Part shown: positions 11,946-25,101 of the stretch, piece after piece
How positions within the stretch are numbered: the stretch's first letter is position 1
Layout: each line of letters begins with the position of its first letter
Assembly: GCA_951406725.2 (NCBI GenBank)
Contig: OX597825.1
Location: 248,001-312,000 of the forward strand
Length of the DNA: 64,000 bases
Reading direction: 5' to 3'
Origin: Octopus vulgaris
Taxonomy: Eukaryota
Translations under genes and position numbers: made by a program
Notes under the pieces: generated by a model
Seen by the model: only the letters and a program-made list of their open reading frames with translations
Database searches by the model: none
What the model was told of the DNA's origin: nothing

Positions 11946-13149
11946 TATTATTCACTTGTTCCTTAAAACTTTTAGAAGAATGTTACATAGGCACTGGATA
12001 AGAATTGAAATTTGTTTAGCGGGTCAGATCCAAAAAATTTTACATGCAAGATCTTATCGTGTTTTTTTTTCTTTAACTTTTGTTCTTTGAGAAGAAACTT
12101 AATTTAGAGCTATTTTTTATAGATCACTTTTTATTCAGTTTTTGTGACCGTTTGCCAGCCTCATCTGGCCCCTGTGCCGGTGACACGTAAAAAGCACCCA
12201 CTATACTCACGGAGTTGTTGGCATTAGGAAGGGCATCCAGCTGTAGAAACACTGCCAGATCAGACTGGAGCCTGGTGCAGCCTCCATGGCTTACCAGACC
12301 TCGGTCGAACCGTCCAACCCATGCTAGCATGGAGAACGGACGTCAAACGATGATGATGATGATGATGATGATGATGAAAATCAAAGCAAAACATTTCGAT
12401 GATGAAAGTCAGCTCATATAAACAATTAATAGGTTTTTTGTAGTGAAAATTCAAAGACGAAAGTTGTGTCCTTTTATTTCCTCGTTTCCCATCTGCTTAT
12501 TCCCACTTCTTGCACGTGGGTACAATCTTTCGAGTTAATAAACTCAATACTGTGATCCACTGTTCATCATCATCATCATCGTATAGCGTCCGTTTTCCGT
12601 GCTAGCACGGGTTGGACGGTTCGACTGGGGTCTTGGAAGCCTGGAGGCTGCAGCAGGCTGATCTGGCAGTGTTTCTACAGCTGGATGCCCTTCCTAACGC
12701 CAACCACTCCAAGAGTGTAGTGGGTGCTTTTTACGTGCCACCGGCATGGGGGCCAGTCAGGTGGTACTGGCAATGACCTCGCTCGAATCTTTTTACACAT
12801 GTCACTGGCACAGGTGCCAGTAAGGCGACGTTGGTAACGATTACGCTCGAATGGTGCCCTTTTACATGCCACTGGCATGGAAGCCAGTTGGCTGCTCTAG
12901 CAACGATCATGCTCGGATGGTGCTCTTGGCACCCTACTCACGGGCACAAGTGCCAGTAAGGCGACGCTGTCGAATGGTGCCAGTGGCACGGAAGCCGGTT
13001 ACCGCTCTGTCAAACGATCACACTCGTATTGTGCTCTTTGCACCCTGCTAGCACGGATGCCAGTCATCGAATTGTAGTTACATTTTGAAATGACTGGAAG
13101 GGAATGTACATATAAGAAAAAGTTCTAAAACAGGAAAGTGTAAGAGGAG

Positions 13150-13552
13150 AAATTCTACTATATGGCTCAGAAACCTGGACGTTATCAAAGAAGCTTGAGA
13201 GGCAGTTGGTTGGAACTTACACTCGCCTCCTTATGAGAGCTCAAAATCTCTCGTGGAAGTGTCATCCAACCAAAGTACAAATATATGGGAAATTACCACC
13301 TGCATCATCTCTTGTGAAAGGTAGAAGAGTCCAGTTTGCTGGACATCGTTGTAGAGCTGAAAATGAGGTAATTTCTACTCTTCTCCTCTGGAAGCCATTT
13401 GCTCGCAATACCAGAGGGCACACACTCTCCTACCCTGATGTAATCTCCAGGGATACAAGCCTCCAGCAACAGGACCTCCGCAATGCTATGATGGACTGTG
13501 AAGTCTGGCGTAACAGTAAATTCCATCGTCTTGACCACGGTCGAACAATGAA
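13150..13552 (+). mobile_element. RTE LINE family A 3' fragment
   Basis: YTRLLMRAQNLSW, RRVQFAGH. Confidence 0.9.
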
Positions 13553-13554
13553 AT

Positions 13555-14960
13555 GTATGTTACGAATAGGACTGCAGACAGTAATATTCACCTTTGACTG
13601 TCAGTCTATCGTCAGACTGTCACTCCCTAATGGAGAAAGAACGTGTTACTTGGACATCTTCCCTCATGGAAGACCGCACAATTGTGTGATCAATGAGGTG
13701 ATAACAGTCTGATTGGGGATGCTTCCAGGTAGTTTTGTAGTGATTGGGAAGTTGGAAAATAGTGTTGGTAATCAAAAGTCTATACTCACTGCAAAGCGAT
13801 AGCAGCAGATGGCCGTTTGAGTTTGCCTTACTTTGTAACATACACTTTTCCCGGTTTCTGTGGCATATGTGTTCCTCCCAGCTGGATGGGACGCCAGTCC
13901 ATCACAGCATTACTCAAGAAACAGGAAGAGAGAATGAGAGGAAGTTGTGACGAAAGAGTACAATAGGGGTTGCCACTACCCCTGCTGGAGCCTCGTAGAG
14001 CTTTTAGGTGTTTTCGCTCAATAAACACACACAACGCCCAGTTTGGAAATCGAAACCGTGATCCTCCGACTGGGAGTCTGCTGCCCTAACCACTGGGTCA
14101 TTGCGCTTCCACAGATTTACTACCCAAAAGGGGCTAAACACAGAGAGGACAAACAAGGACAGACAAATGGATTAAGTTGATTATATCGACCCCAGTGCGT
14201 AACTGGTACTTATTTAATCGATCCCGAAGGATGAAAGGCAAAGTTGATTTCAGCGGAATTTGAACTCAGATCGTAAACACAGACGAAATACCTATTTCTT
14301 TACTACCCACAAGGGGCTAAACACAGAGGACAAACAAGGACAGACAAACGGATTAAGTCGATTATATCGACCCCAGTGCGTAACTGGTACTTATTTAATC
14401 GACCCCGAAAGGATAAAAGGCAAAGTCGACCTTGGCGGAATTTGAACTCAGAACGTAGCGGCAGACGAAATACCGCATGTTTCGCTATCACATCCCCCCC
14501 ATACGGATGTATCACAACCTACGCGTGCATTGAAATCACCAAGGGAGAGAAGTTTGTCATAGATGGAGACACCTCTCCACTGGCTATGTAGCTCAAAATG
14601 GAACTGCTATTTGACTACTTCCTATGAGTTCATGGTTGGAGCAGTTAAAAATAGTCGCATATTTTTGCCAATGCAGATATGCAATGACATAAGTCTTTCA
14701 CTAATATCAACAGGCAGAAGTTCAAGACGTTTCACCAAGTCATTCTGAATAGCAAATCCAACACTTGGCTCTTTCTTTCCTTCCTGAAGCTTACTCATCA
14801 GGAAAAATGTGTATCCCCATAAACTTCCAGTAGATGACCACATTCTGCTAGTCTGGTTTCTGAAATAGCTGCTATTTCAGTTTTTTATCCCCTTCAAGAC
14901 ACAGGCAACCAAAGCAGTCCTGCATTCTATGTTTTTCTTGCTGTTCTTACATTCCAAATG
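13555..14960 (-). mobile_element. Old RTE/BovB-like endonuclease remnant interrupted by SINEs
   Basis: SNGHLLLSLCSEY.LLITNTIF...TTWKHP...HLIDH; VGFAI...ISERLMSL. Confidence 0.8.
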
Positions 14961-15741
14961 CGATGAAGAGGGTTTTTCTGTTTTGTTTTCAATATCGAAA
15001 TCAAAATCAATTTCGATGACTGGCATCTGTGCTAGCGGGGTGCAAAGAGCACCATATGAGTGTGATCATTGACAGAGCAGCTAACCGGCTTCAGTGCCAG
15101 TGGCTCTTAAAAGGCACCAATTGAGCGTGATTGTTACCAGCATTGCATTACTGGCACTTGTACTGGTGTGCAAGTGGCACGTAAAAAAAAGCACCATTTG
15201 GGCGTGGCCATTGCCAGTACCGCCTGATTGGCCCTTGTGCCGGTGGCATGTAAAAGCACCCACTACACTCTCGGAGTGGTTGGCATTAGGAAGGGCATCC
15301 AGCTGTAGAAACTCTGCCAAATCAAGATTGGAGCCTGGTGCAGCCATCTGGTTCGCCAGCCCTCAGTCTAAATCGTCCAACCCATGCTAGCATGGAAAGT
15401 GGACGTTAAACGATAATGATGATGGTCTTGGATTCAATTCCACTTCTTGGCATCTTGGTCAAGTGTCTTCTATTATAGCCTCGGGCTGATCAGTGCCTTG
15501 TGAGAGAATTTGGTAAATGGAAACTGAAAAAAGCTTGTGTGTGTGCTTGTGTGTTTGAACTCCTTGCTGATTTAAACATTTAAAATTTTTTCCTTCTTAG
15601 AATTTAACTTTTTGGGTCCATAACCGAGTCATTTCAGTGTCAAAAGAGATGAATTTAATAACCAGACAAGACACATGGACAGACTCATTACACCGAGACT
15701 GTCTCCCTGAAATTGAGACATTATGGTAATCCTATTTATTT

Positions 15742-16215
15742 TGTAACAGGATGAAGGTCTCTGGAACACTTGAGGGGTGTCGGTCTTATCCTGTTACATT
15801 CAATTATGTCGAAAGGAAAACCAAAACTTCGACTATCTTCAACTAAATAAATACAGCAATAAATAATACTTTATTTTTGTCTGGATTCGCAAATAAAATA
15901 TATACACATATATTTTCTTCAGGGCGAACCAGTAGCCAAGGCCATAAAACTATTCACAATAGTTAACTTGTGTGAGCCAAAATGCTGTCTCCGTTCCCGC
16001 ATAGAAGGGGGCTTCTCTACGTGTTGGGTTTTCCTTGAGAGAAGGTTGAGTTGTGTCCACTCGATAGGGCTGCAGCTTCAAAAAGACCGATCTAGCGGGA
16101 AAACTTTCTGCTGGCAGTTCTCTGTGCATACGCAAGAGGGAACTTCCGGTGGCCTACCGGAATTAATGCAACTCTGTGTATGCGCGCTGGAAACTTCCAA
16201 ATTAGCATCACTACA
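15742..16215 (-). mobile_element. Solo LTR (Gypsy-like), copy 1
   Basis: TG...CA ends, TSD ATTT; close copy at 39479. Confidence 0.88.
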
Positions 16216-16399
16216 ATTTTCCCATCCAGTGAGTGCTTCCATTTGGATATTTGTATGAACTAGAGCTCCTTATGATGTTAAATATTTATGGAAATTAATA
16301 AAGAAGGCGAGGACCTGCAAAGTGAAATTCTTGGATTTTGGTGTACCGTCAGTCATGTTTCTGCTCACTCACAACAAACACACTGTCCGACTCCTATTT

Positions 16400-16900
16400 T
16401 AAACCCAACAAAGATTTTTGGCGAAGTTTCGCTTGTCGTAGCACAAGTTTCCGTCGATTTCCGTAAAAAACTTTTATTTTTTTACATAAGTAATGAGAGC
16501 GAAAGAGACTAAGAGGAAGCGATTTTATGACGAGGAAGTTTCTCTTTGAAGTGCCGTGTGTGTGTTTGATGGGGTGTGGGAGACAGACAGTATGTTGTGT
16601 AAATGAAGTGCTTCTGTTAGTGTGTGCGAAGAGACAGAGAGAGTAATGTGTGAAAGAGAGATAACTGAAATTTTTTACTCGGTGTATGTGTATATGTATG
16701 TCTGCATGTATGTGTGTGTGTATGTATCTATGTATGTGTGTGTGTGTATGTATGTGTGCGTGTATGTATGGCCGATTCAGTGTTTACATTTTTTACGGAA
16801 ATCGACGGAGGAAATCGACAATCGACGGCGGAAATCGACGGAAACGTGTGCTACGACAAGCGAAACATCGCCAGATTTTTTTTCCCTAAATGTTTTTTAA
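16400..16900. mobile_element. MITE-like inverted repeat
   Basis: GTTTCGCTTGTCGTAGCAC..TTTCCGTCGATTTCC is inverted at ~16830-16866. Confidence 0.6.
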
Positions 16901-16915
16901 AAAAAATTGTACATA

Positions 16916-17335
16916 GGCGCAGGAGTGACTGTGTGGTAAGCAGCTTGCTTACCAACCACATGGTTCTGGGTTCAGTCCCACTGCATGGCACCTTGGGTAA
17001 GTGTCTTCTATTATAGCCTCGGGCCAACCAAAGCCTTGTGAGTGGATTTGGTAAATGGAAACTGAAAGAAGCCCGTCGTATATATGTATATATATACATA
17101 TGTACATGTGTGTATATGTTCGTGTGTCTGTGTTTGTCCCCCCTCCCCAACATCGCTTGACAATCGATGCTGGTGTGTTTACGTCCCCGTAACTTAGCGG
17201 TTCGGCAAAAACAGACCAATAGAATAAGTACTAGGCTTCCAAAGAATAAGTCCTGGGGTCAATTTGCTCGACTAAAGGCGGTGCTCCAGCATGGCCACAG
17301 TCAAATGATTGAAACAAGTAAAAGAGTAAAGAGAG
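16916..17335 (+). mobile_element. tRNA-derived SINE (other copies 36536-36950 +, 36960-37118 -, 27550-27716 -, 36290-36480 -)
   Basis: A/B-box-like head GGCGCAGGAGTG.CTGTGTGGTAAG...GGTTCAGTCCC; A-rich repetitive tail. Confidence 0.85.
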
Positions 17336-18576
17336 TTTAAATACTTTATTTCTAAGTCACGACCCTTATAAAAAAACTTCCTCGTAAACTTTCGCTCCAT
17401 ATTGATTTTACAGGGCGCTATAGTCCAAGATAAAAATAACAAAAACATTTGGCTCTAGAAATATTTGTTTCTAATTTAGGCACAATTTTTGAAAAAAGAG
17501 TATTATTCGATTACACCAACTTCAGTACTTGACAGATGCGTTATTTTATCCACCCTGGCAAAGCTAACTTCAACGAGATTTGAACTCAGATTGTAAAGAG
17601 TCGGAACAAATGCCAACAACATTACACTTCTGTCGGCTCACCACCTTCATTTAGGCACTTAAGATAATTAGCGAAAGTGTAATTAGCATGCTTCGAAGTC
17701 ACTCCAATCCTTACGGCCATTATAGTTATTTTGTTTTTAGCCTTTTCAAGCTTGCACTGTCCCTCCAGTTTTAAATCATTTGACTGAATATCTGGAGCAT
17801 TTCCTTTCCTCGTTGATTGCCTCATTTTACTTGGATATTTCTTCTGTTATTTTGCTTTTCCTTTTGTTCACAATGAAATGTTACACGTTTGTTCGTGTAA
17901 CAAGTCATAAAAATATAAATAGATATTACGAGATCTAATTGGTTAGAAGTAACAAGAAATACCACTTCTTATCGATTTGACGTGAAGTAATATATAAAAA
18001 ATACCATATTTTTTGTGGACGAATTTGAGAGCAAGTGATCAGAATACCTCGTTTATTATTGACGAGCTGGCAGAAACGTTAGCACACCGGGCGAAATGCT
18101 TAGCGGTATTTCGTCTGTCGTTACGTTCTGAGTTCAAATTCCGCTGAGGTCGACTTTGCTTTTCATCCTTTCGGGGTCGATTAAATAAGTACCAATTAGG
18201 ATTTAATCCGTTTGTCTGTCCTTGTTTGACTCCTCTATGTTTAGTCCCTTGTGAGTAGTAAAGAAATAAATATTTTGCCTGCCGCTACGTTCTGAGTTCA
18301 AATTCCGCTGAGGTCGACTTTGCCTTTCATCCTTTCAGGGTCAATAAATAAAGTACCAGTTTCGCACTGGGGTCGATGTAATCGACTTAATCCCTTTGTC
18401 TGTCCTTGTTTGTCCCCTCTATGTTTAGCCCCTTGTGGGCAATAAAGAAATATATTATTGATGTTACTACAATAGTACAATCAGTAAGCAAATTTCTTTC
18501 TTGGGTGCAAAACTTTACGTTTTGTAAGTGAAAAGAATAAGATGACAGGGCGACAATATTTTTCTGAAATATATTA

Positions 18577-19567
18577 GGATCTTTTCATTTTGACCGGTAG
18601 ATTTTAAAAATAATTTCTTTGTAACTAAACACTTTAAAACTTTGTATACTGGTAAAATGTGTTACATAAAACATCTTTTTCTCTTGGCTTTCTTGAGAAA
18701 ATTCTGTAGTTTGTAAGCTATTTCTTGTTTAATTTCTTGCATTTCGGCAATTTCAACCAATCAATGACGTCTATTGAGGTGAATACAATTTCTGCTGTTG
18801 TTTGTCAACAACAACTTCCTGCAGTCTCTATTTAGTTTGTCCCTGTTATTTATGACATATTTCATATCAGTTACGTTCGTATGAATAAAAGATTATCGTT
18901 ATTAAACTTTTATTAATAAACACACATTCTAAGTTCACAACATATGCAGTTTTAATTTCCCTCTCTGTTGCACAGATACACACATTACATATTATATATT
19001 CGTTTAAGAAACAGATTGGGTTTATTTACATTTCTGAAAAAAAAAGATACCTTTCCCCCCACCCTTAATCCTAAAACAGATTGAAATGCAATAGATACTA
19101 GATCGATACTAGGGTCATAATTATGGGCGGACACTAAAGAGGGAACGGTTTTGTTATCCAGCTCTGTTTACGAGTGACCCCTCAGTTTATGGCCACAACG
19201 TGTATTTGTTTACATTTGAAGAAGATCGTCATTTTCCGTAAAATTTTTATTTTTTTATATATGTGGGGTTAGGGTTAGGTGTTAGGGGTGGGGGGAATGG
19301 CATATTTTTTCTCATAAATAACAGTGACAAATTGATATGACACCGCATTGACAAACAACCGCAGAAATTGTATTCACCTCAATAGACGTCATTGATTGGT
19401 TGAAATTGCCGAAGTGCAAGAAATAGCTTACTAACTACAGAATTTTCTCAAGAAAGCCAAGAGAAAAAGATGTTTTATGTAACACATTCTACCAGTATAC
19501 GAAGTTTAAAAGTGTTTAGTTACAAAGAAATTATTTTTTAAATCTGCCGGTCAAAGTGAAAAGATCC
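18577..19567. mobile_element. Long-TIR (~250 bp) fold-back DNA element with internal TTAGGG-like repeats
   Basis: GGATCTTTTCA...TGAAAAGATCC ends; related copies at 35116-35769 and 49655-49829. Confidence 0.85.
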
Positions 19568-20244
19568 AAATTGTTTTACAGCAGATTCCGGTACAATCTG
19601 AATCTATTCCATCTGGAAGGTATTTGTAGAAAATTTCATTTAAAACTACCAGTTTTTTTTTAAAGTTATGAGGAGACAAAGTCGGTGTGCGTGTGTGAAC
19701 AAAAAAAGGTTGTTGTATGCTAAAAATATAGTAACAAGCAATTCATAAAACTTAATTGCACTACAAAAGTGAGAGGACATTCAGTAGATTGCGAATCTAA
19801 TAAATAAATTAGAATGGCTGGTCACTTCCAGGATGTATTTAATCATAGGTGTGCATAATGGGGAGAGGGCATGGCCCGGGGTTAAGCTATAACAACCAAA
19901 GCAACAACAGTAATACAGATCTGGATTAAGAAGAGCCATAACCAGTGGAGGAGCTTCAAAGTGGTCATTCGACCTTCTAGAAATAGCAGCCAAATCTCCT
20001 CCAAATACACCTAACCGTCTTAGAAAGAGAGGACACATTCTATGAGGTAAGCCTAGATATACAATATACAACTCCAGGATGAAAAAAATAAGCCCCCAAA
20101 ACACGTGATGGCCGTTGTTGGAACAGCTCTGACTATGATTAGGTCTGGCGATCAGGTTCGCACGATTAGATCTGATGTGAAGTTTAACAGCAGAAGCAAT
20201 AACAACAACAAGCGTACAGAAATGGACGACACAGTGGAGGTGTC

Positions 20245-21070
20245 GTGTAAAACAACTTGCTCTGAACGAATATGACAAAGAGAATGCGCTCTCGCGAAAG
20301 GGGGGGGGAGAGGCCTCGGAAAATTCACATCTTCAGTCCATGGCCTTTAAACTATAGTGATTGACCCAGGCCGGGAAAAAAGAAAATAGTGTAATTGGTG
20401 TTAAACGACTTGTTCTAAACGATTATCAAGAACACACACACACAAAAAGAAATGATTTGGTCACTGCAACATTTAAATCTCCAAAGACAGAAAATATTTA
20501 GACACAAACGTGTGTCTCAGAAAGACATTCTCAGACACAAACGCATGCTACCACACTGAATTTCAGAGCGGATTCAGGAAAAAAGATCAAATTTTCACAC
20601 AGTAACCAATGATATGCTGAACATTACGGCTGTTAAAATTGCAGATTGTCTTCAAAACAAATATTTTAAAACTTCACAAACGTCAACATTTAAAGAAAAT
20701 TTTGTCATAAAATGAAGGCATTTATTTCGGGAGGAGGTGTGTGTTCTTGATAATCGTTTAGAACAAGTAGTTTTACACCAATTACACTATTTTTTTCTTT
20801 TTTTTTCGGCACGGGTCAAACACTAGTTTAAAGGCCATGGACTGAAGATGTGAATTTTCCGAGGCCTCTCCCGCACCCCCACCCCTTTCGCGAGATGTGA
20901 ATTTTCCGAGGCCTCTCCCCCACCCCCACCCCTTTCGCGAAAGCGCAGTTTTTTTGTTTTTTTTTTGTCATATTCGTTTAGAGCAAGTTGTTTTACACCT
21001 ATTATACTATTTTTTTGTTTTTATGACCGGGTCAAACGCTTTAGTTTAACCCAGAAATGGACTGAGGTGT
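20245..21070. repeat. Inverted pair of the G-rich unit seen at 2690-3190
   Basis: GAGAGGCCTCGGAAAATTCACATC on + near 20310 and on - near 20850-20930. Confidence 0.75.
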
Positions 21071-21439
21071 TGTATGTCCCAACTGCAAACACTGCGCGCA
21101 CACAAACACATCTCAATTAACCAGCGCATATAGAGTGGGTGTAGAGTATAGTCTAAATGTAGATGAAGGAATGGATAACCTCGATTACTAAATAAATATG
21201 TAGGCTGCATTTAGTGCACCGGCTGACAACTTTCAGATCATAGGTGTGGTAGTTTACAATATTGGCTAATCGATCTCTCGCTACATACCAGCAACAAAAA
21301 TAGAAAGATATTCATTATGAATGGGTTAGCGATATACACCAAAGTAGTTTTAAGTGCATATCGAAACCAGGGCGCGGAAATAGTTTGTTACGAGTTTACG
21401 TTACACCCAAATTCAATGAAAAGAATAAAAACAGTGATT

Positions 21440-22260
21440 CCTATTTCTTTACTACCCACAAGGGGTTAAACATAGAGGGGATAAACAAGGACAGACAAAC
21501 AGATTAAGTCGATTAGATCGACCCCAGTGCGTAACTGGTACTTATTTAATCGACCCCGAAAGGATGAAAGGCAAAGTCGACCTCGGCGGAATTTGAACTC
21601 AGAACGTAGCGGCAGACGAAATACCTATTTCTTTACTACCCACAAGGGGCTAAAAACAGAGGGGACAAACAAACGGATTAAGTCGATTACATCGATCCAA
21701 GTGCATAACTGGTACTTAATTTATCGACCCCGAAAGGATGAAAGGCAAAGTCGACCTCGGTGGAATTTGAACTCAGAACGTAACAGCAGACGAAATACGG
21801 CTACGCATTTCGCCCAGCATGCTAACGGTTCTGCCAGCTCACCGCCTTCACGGAAAAGGTTATATAATAATAATGATGATTTCAAATTCTGGCAGAAGGC
21901 CAGCAATTTTGGGGAGAGAGTAAGTTGATTAGATCGACCCCAGTGTTCAAATGTTACTTATTTTATCGACATCGATAGGGAAGGCTAAGTCAACCCTGGT
22001 AGAATTTGAACATTGAATGTAAAGACAGCCGAAATATTTGTTTCTTTATTATCCACAAGGGGCTAAACGCAGAGGGAACAAACAAGGACAGACAAACGGA
22101 TTAAGTCGATTATATCGACCTCAGTGCGTAACTGGTACTTATTTAATCGAGCCCGAAAGGATGAAAGGCAAAGTCGACCTCGGCGGAATTTGAACTCACA
22201 ACGTAGCGGCAGACGAAATACCACTCGGCATTTCGCCCGGCGTGCTAACCACTCTGCCAG
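21440..22260 (-). mobile_element. Multimeric tRNA-derived SINE cluster (also 9866-10100, 14120-14475, 18062-18450, 27065-27515, 61630-62035)
   Basis: GGCGAGCTGGCAGAAACGTTAG...GAGTTCAAATTCCGCCGAGGTCGAC units in tandem. Confidence 0.85.
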
Positions 22261-22838
22261 CGCGCAGCGATTCCGCGATCACTCCAAAGACACGAAACGT
22301 AAGGGAGGTAACTCTTATTGGACTACCGAGAACAAGGATGTGCAGGGCGAAAACGCCGCGTTGGGTTTCACCACTTTGGTGCATAACGGTCTGTGGGAGC
22401 CAAACTTGATTGTGAATATATACTTTCCCATTAAAGTGGGCAAGATTCTGACTGTATCTTCAAGTATCTGTGCTTTAACGAATATATAAAGTTATATTCT
22501 TATATCTTTATATAGCTGTAGAATATATATTGTTTAACTGTGGTTATTTTCTCACCATTCCAATCGATATTTGATCACCTGTTGCCAAGCAATTACAGCG
22601 ATATAACCCTAGCAAAAAAAGAGTACAAAAAAGTAAAAACATAAAAGAAAGAAAAGCGAAAGAAAGAAAGAAAAGCGAAAGAGAGACACGAAATATTTGG
22701 AAATTAGTACTGGTGTCATTAGTAGTTGTAATAGTAATAGTTCTAGTAGTAGTAGTAGTAGGTGCCGTCATACTATTGCTTGTTTTTTTCCCATCAACTT
22801 CAAAGATAGGAAATCTTTGCCAAAAAGAACTCCAACAA
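22260..22838 (+). promoter_or_regulatory. Probable promoter/5'UTR region of the kinase gene
   Basis: Non-repeat, locally CpG-retaining sequence directly upstream of exon 1; TSS cannot be determined. Confidence 0.4.
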
Positions 22839-22927
22839 ATGGCAACAAAAACGGATTATTGGGTGGCTGAAAGCATAAAGGATGTCCCGTTTGCAGATCG
22901 ATACGAAATGGGAGATGAACTTGGAAG
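22839..22927 (+). CDS. CAMK4: CaMKIV-like kinase, coding exon 1 (MATKTDYWVAESIKDVPFADRYEMGDELGR)
   Basis: ATG at 22839; the DYW...ELGR peptide resembles the CaMKIV N-terminus (DYWIDGS...ELGR); ends AG|GTAACG, phase 2, matching the next exon. Confidence 0.88.
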
Positions 22928-23044
22928 GTAACGTAGCAATTATTTCGGACGTTTGAAGTTGTAATAATTTTAAAAAACAAACACACACAAATCTTTTCAC
23001 TGAAATAAATTAATTATTATTTCTTGATTTTTCTAAAACATTAA

Positions 23045-23262
23045 CCCTTTCGTTACTATATTTATTTTGAGATGCTCTGTGTTTCTTTCAATTAATTTTA
23101 AATATAACAAAGAATTTATCAAAATAACTTAGTTATCATTCAGCCAGTGTTAGCAACATGAATTGTGACAAAGGTTTGGTGGAAGATTTTGATTCAGAAC
23201 TTTTGAAAACAAAACATTTGTACTACAGAGTCAGAGCTGGTTTCGGGTTGGTAACGAAAGGG
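23045..23262. mobile_element. piggyBac-type MITE
   Basis: TTAA|CCCTTTCGTTAC...GTAACGAAAGGG|TTAA. Confidence 0.9.
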
Positions 23263-24506
23263 TTAATGATTTTCTGGCGGGATTTAATTACTTTTTTCTA
23301 AAAAACGACAAAGTAGGAATAAATTTCTTCTTTTTTTAGTTTTTAGTTTTACATTTTTTTTTTAAAGCAACGAATTAATCTTGGATTGACTGAAGAATAT
23401 ATGTTCAACTAAATATGATCATAAAGAGAAGACAGCAGACACAACAACAAACAACAACTATAATTCTTTCTAATTTTTGGCTGAAGGACAGTAAGTTTGA
23501 GGGAAGGAGGCTAGTCAATTAAATCGACCCCCGTTGTTCAACTGGTACTCAATCTTATCGGCCCCGAAAAGATGAAGGGTACAAATGCAACAAGAAACCA
23601 ATACCCTCTAGAAATGTTTAAAACAATAGCAGTGATAAGCAAGCATTCAGAGGACTGGGTTTATGAAACTGTTTGCGATTCTTATTTGGAACCATTTCCC
23701 TCTATGACCCATGTTATATTTGCAAGTGGCCCATAATTCACAGATACTTGTTTTCGCCTTCAAATCCCAGATTTTATAAGGGAGTATTTTTTTAATACCT
23801 TTCACAATCTCATGGGGAAGAAAAAGGCACAGAAGCGGGTGTTCTCTCTCTCTCTCTCTCTCTCAGTATTCTTGAGTTTGTTACATCAGGAATTATGATC
23901 TGAGAGATTTCTTTTTCTTCCCTAAAATTCCAAATTCCTTTTTACATTGTTGCACTAATCCCCATTACTATCACCACATTCTGTGCCATTTCTCTTCTCT
24001 TTAAGGTAAAAATAGCTATTCTAAAACTCAATTTTCTTACAGGCCGAGGCACTATAGCTGGTTTTTTGAAAAGCTATCCCCTCCTCGTGGGGAATGAAAA
24101 GGACTTGGAATTTGGGGGAGGGAGCAAAATTGGGGGGGAAAAAAATCAAAATTTTTGAAAAAAAAAAATCTTTCTGAATCATAATTCTCGTTGTATGAAA
24201 ACTAAAAATGTTGGAAAAAGAAGGGGAAAAGACATTGGAGTCGTCCCTTTTTCTTTCTATAACCTTATTTACAGCTTTTCCAAAATTCTGCCTTTAAACA
24301 ATTTTTTTATTGGAATGGAATAAATAATTGTTTCTAATTTAGACAAAAGGCCAGCAACTTTGAGAGGAGGGCCAACTTGACTACATCTAACCCAGTTTTT
24401 GACTGGTACTTTATTTTATTAGCTCTGAGAGGGAAAGTTAACTTGGGCAGGATTTGAATGTAAAAAATGATATTTATCTGATCTTCTTTCTTCTTAACGT
24501 GTAAAT

Positions 24507-25101
24507 CAGTGCTGCCCAACGCCCGGCCCATGAAGCCTTAGAATACGGCCCGCTAGTCGGTCTTCAATTTATGGGTATCTGCAAAACAAATTACTAAAAA
24601 TGTATTTGTAGATCATAAAAAATCCCATTAAAGTATCCTCTTTATGTCCTACATGCAGGTCTTCTCCATGTGTCATTATGAGACGTGATTTATCTGCGAC
24701 AGAGATAGTTTTAAGCATGCTGAGTCAGCTGCCTTTTTTTCGAATCTTGATCAATTGTTAAATTTGTTTTATAGGGTGTAAGGTTCTAAATCAAAATTTT
24801 TAATGGCCATTTTGTATTCATGTAATATCTGGAGACTATAATTTTTTGATAGCAGTGAAAAAGTAATAGAAATAGTATCATATGTAGGACCCCTATGTTT
24901 AAATTGAGTTATGAATTTTAATTGTATAATGGATAATGTCTATAAATAGAATAATAGAATCAATGTTTTCAGTTCTGAATACTTTATCAAACCATTTCAA
25001 ATAGTTGTATTAAAAAACGAAAGGCTAGAAATGTGAATCTGGCCCACTAGCATTGTTTTTCTTAAATCCGGCCCATGTTCGGAAAAGGTTGGGCAGCACT
25101 G
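24507..25101. mobile_element. hAT-type MITE
   Basis: TIR CAGTGCTGCCCAAC, perfect 8-bp TSD GTGTAAAT. Confidence 0.92.

Noticed and set aside
16916-16995. Functional tRNA genes
   Set aside because: tRNA-like heads run directly into SINE bodies and do not form a full cloverleaf
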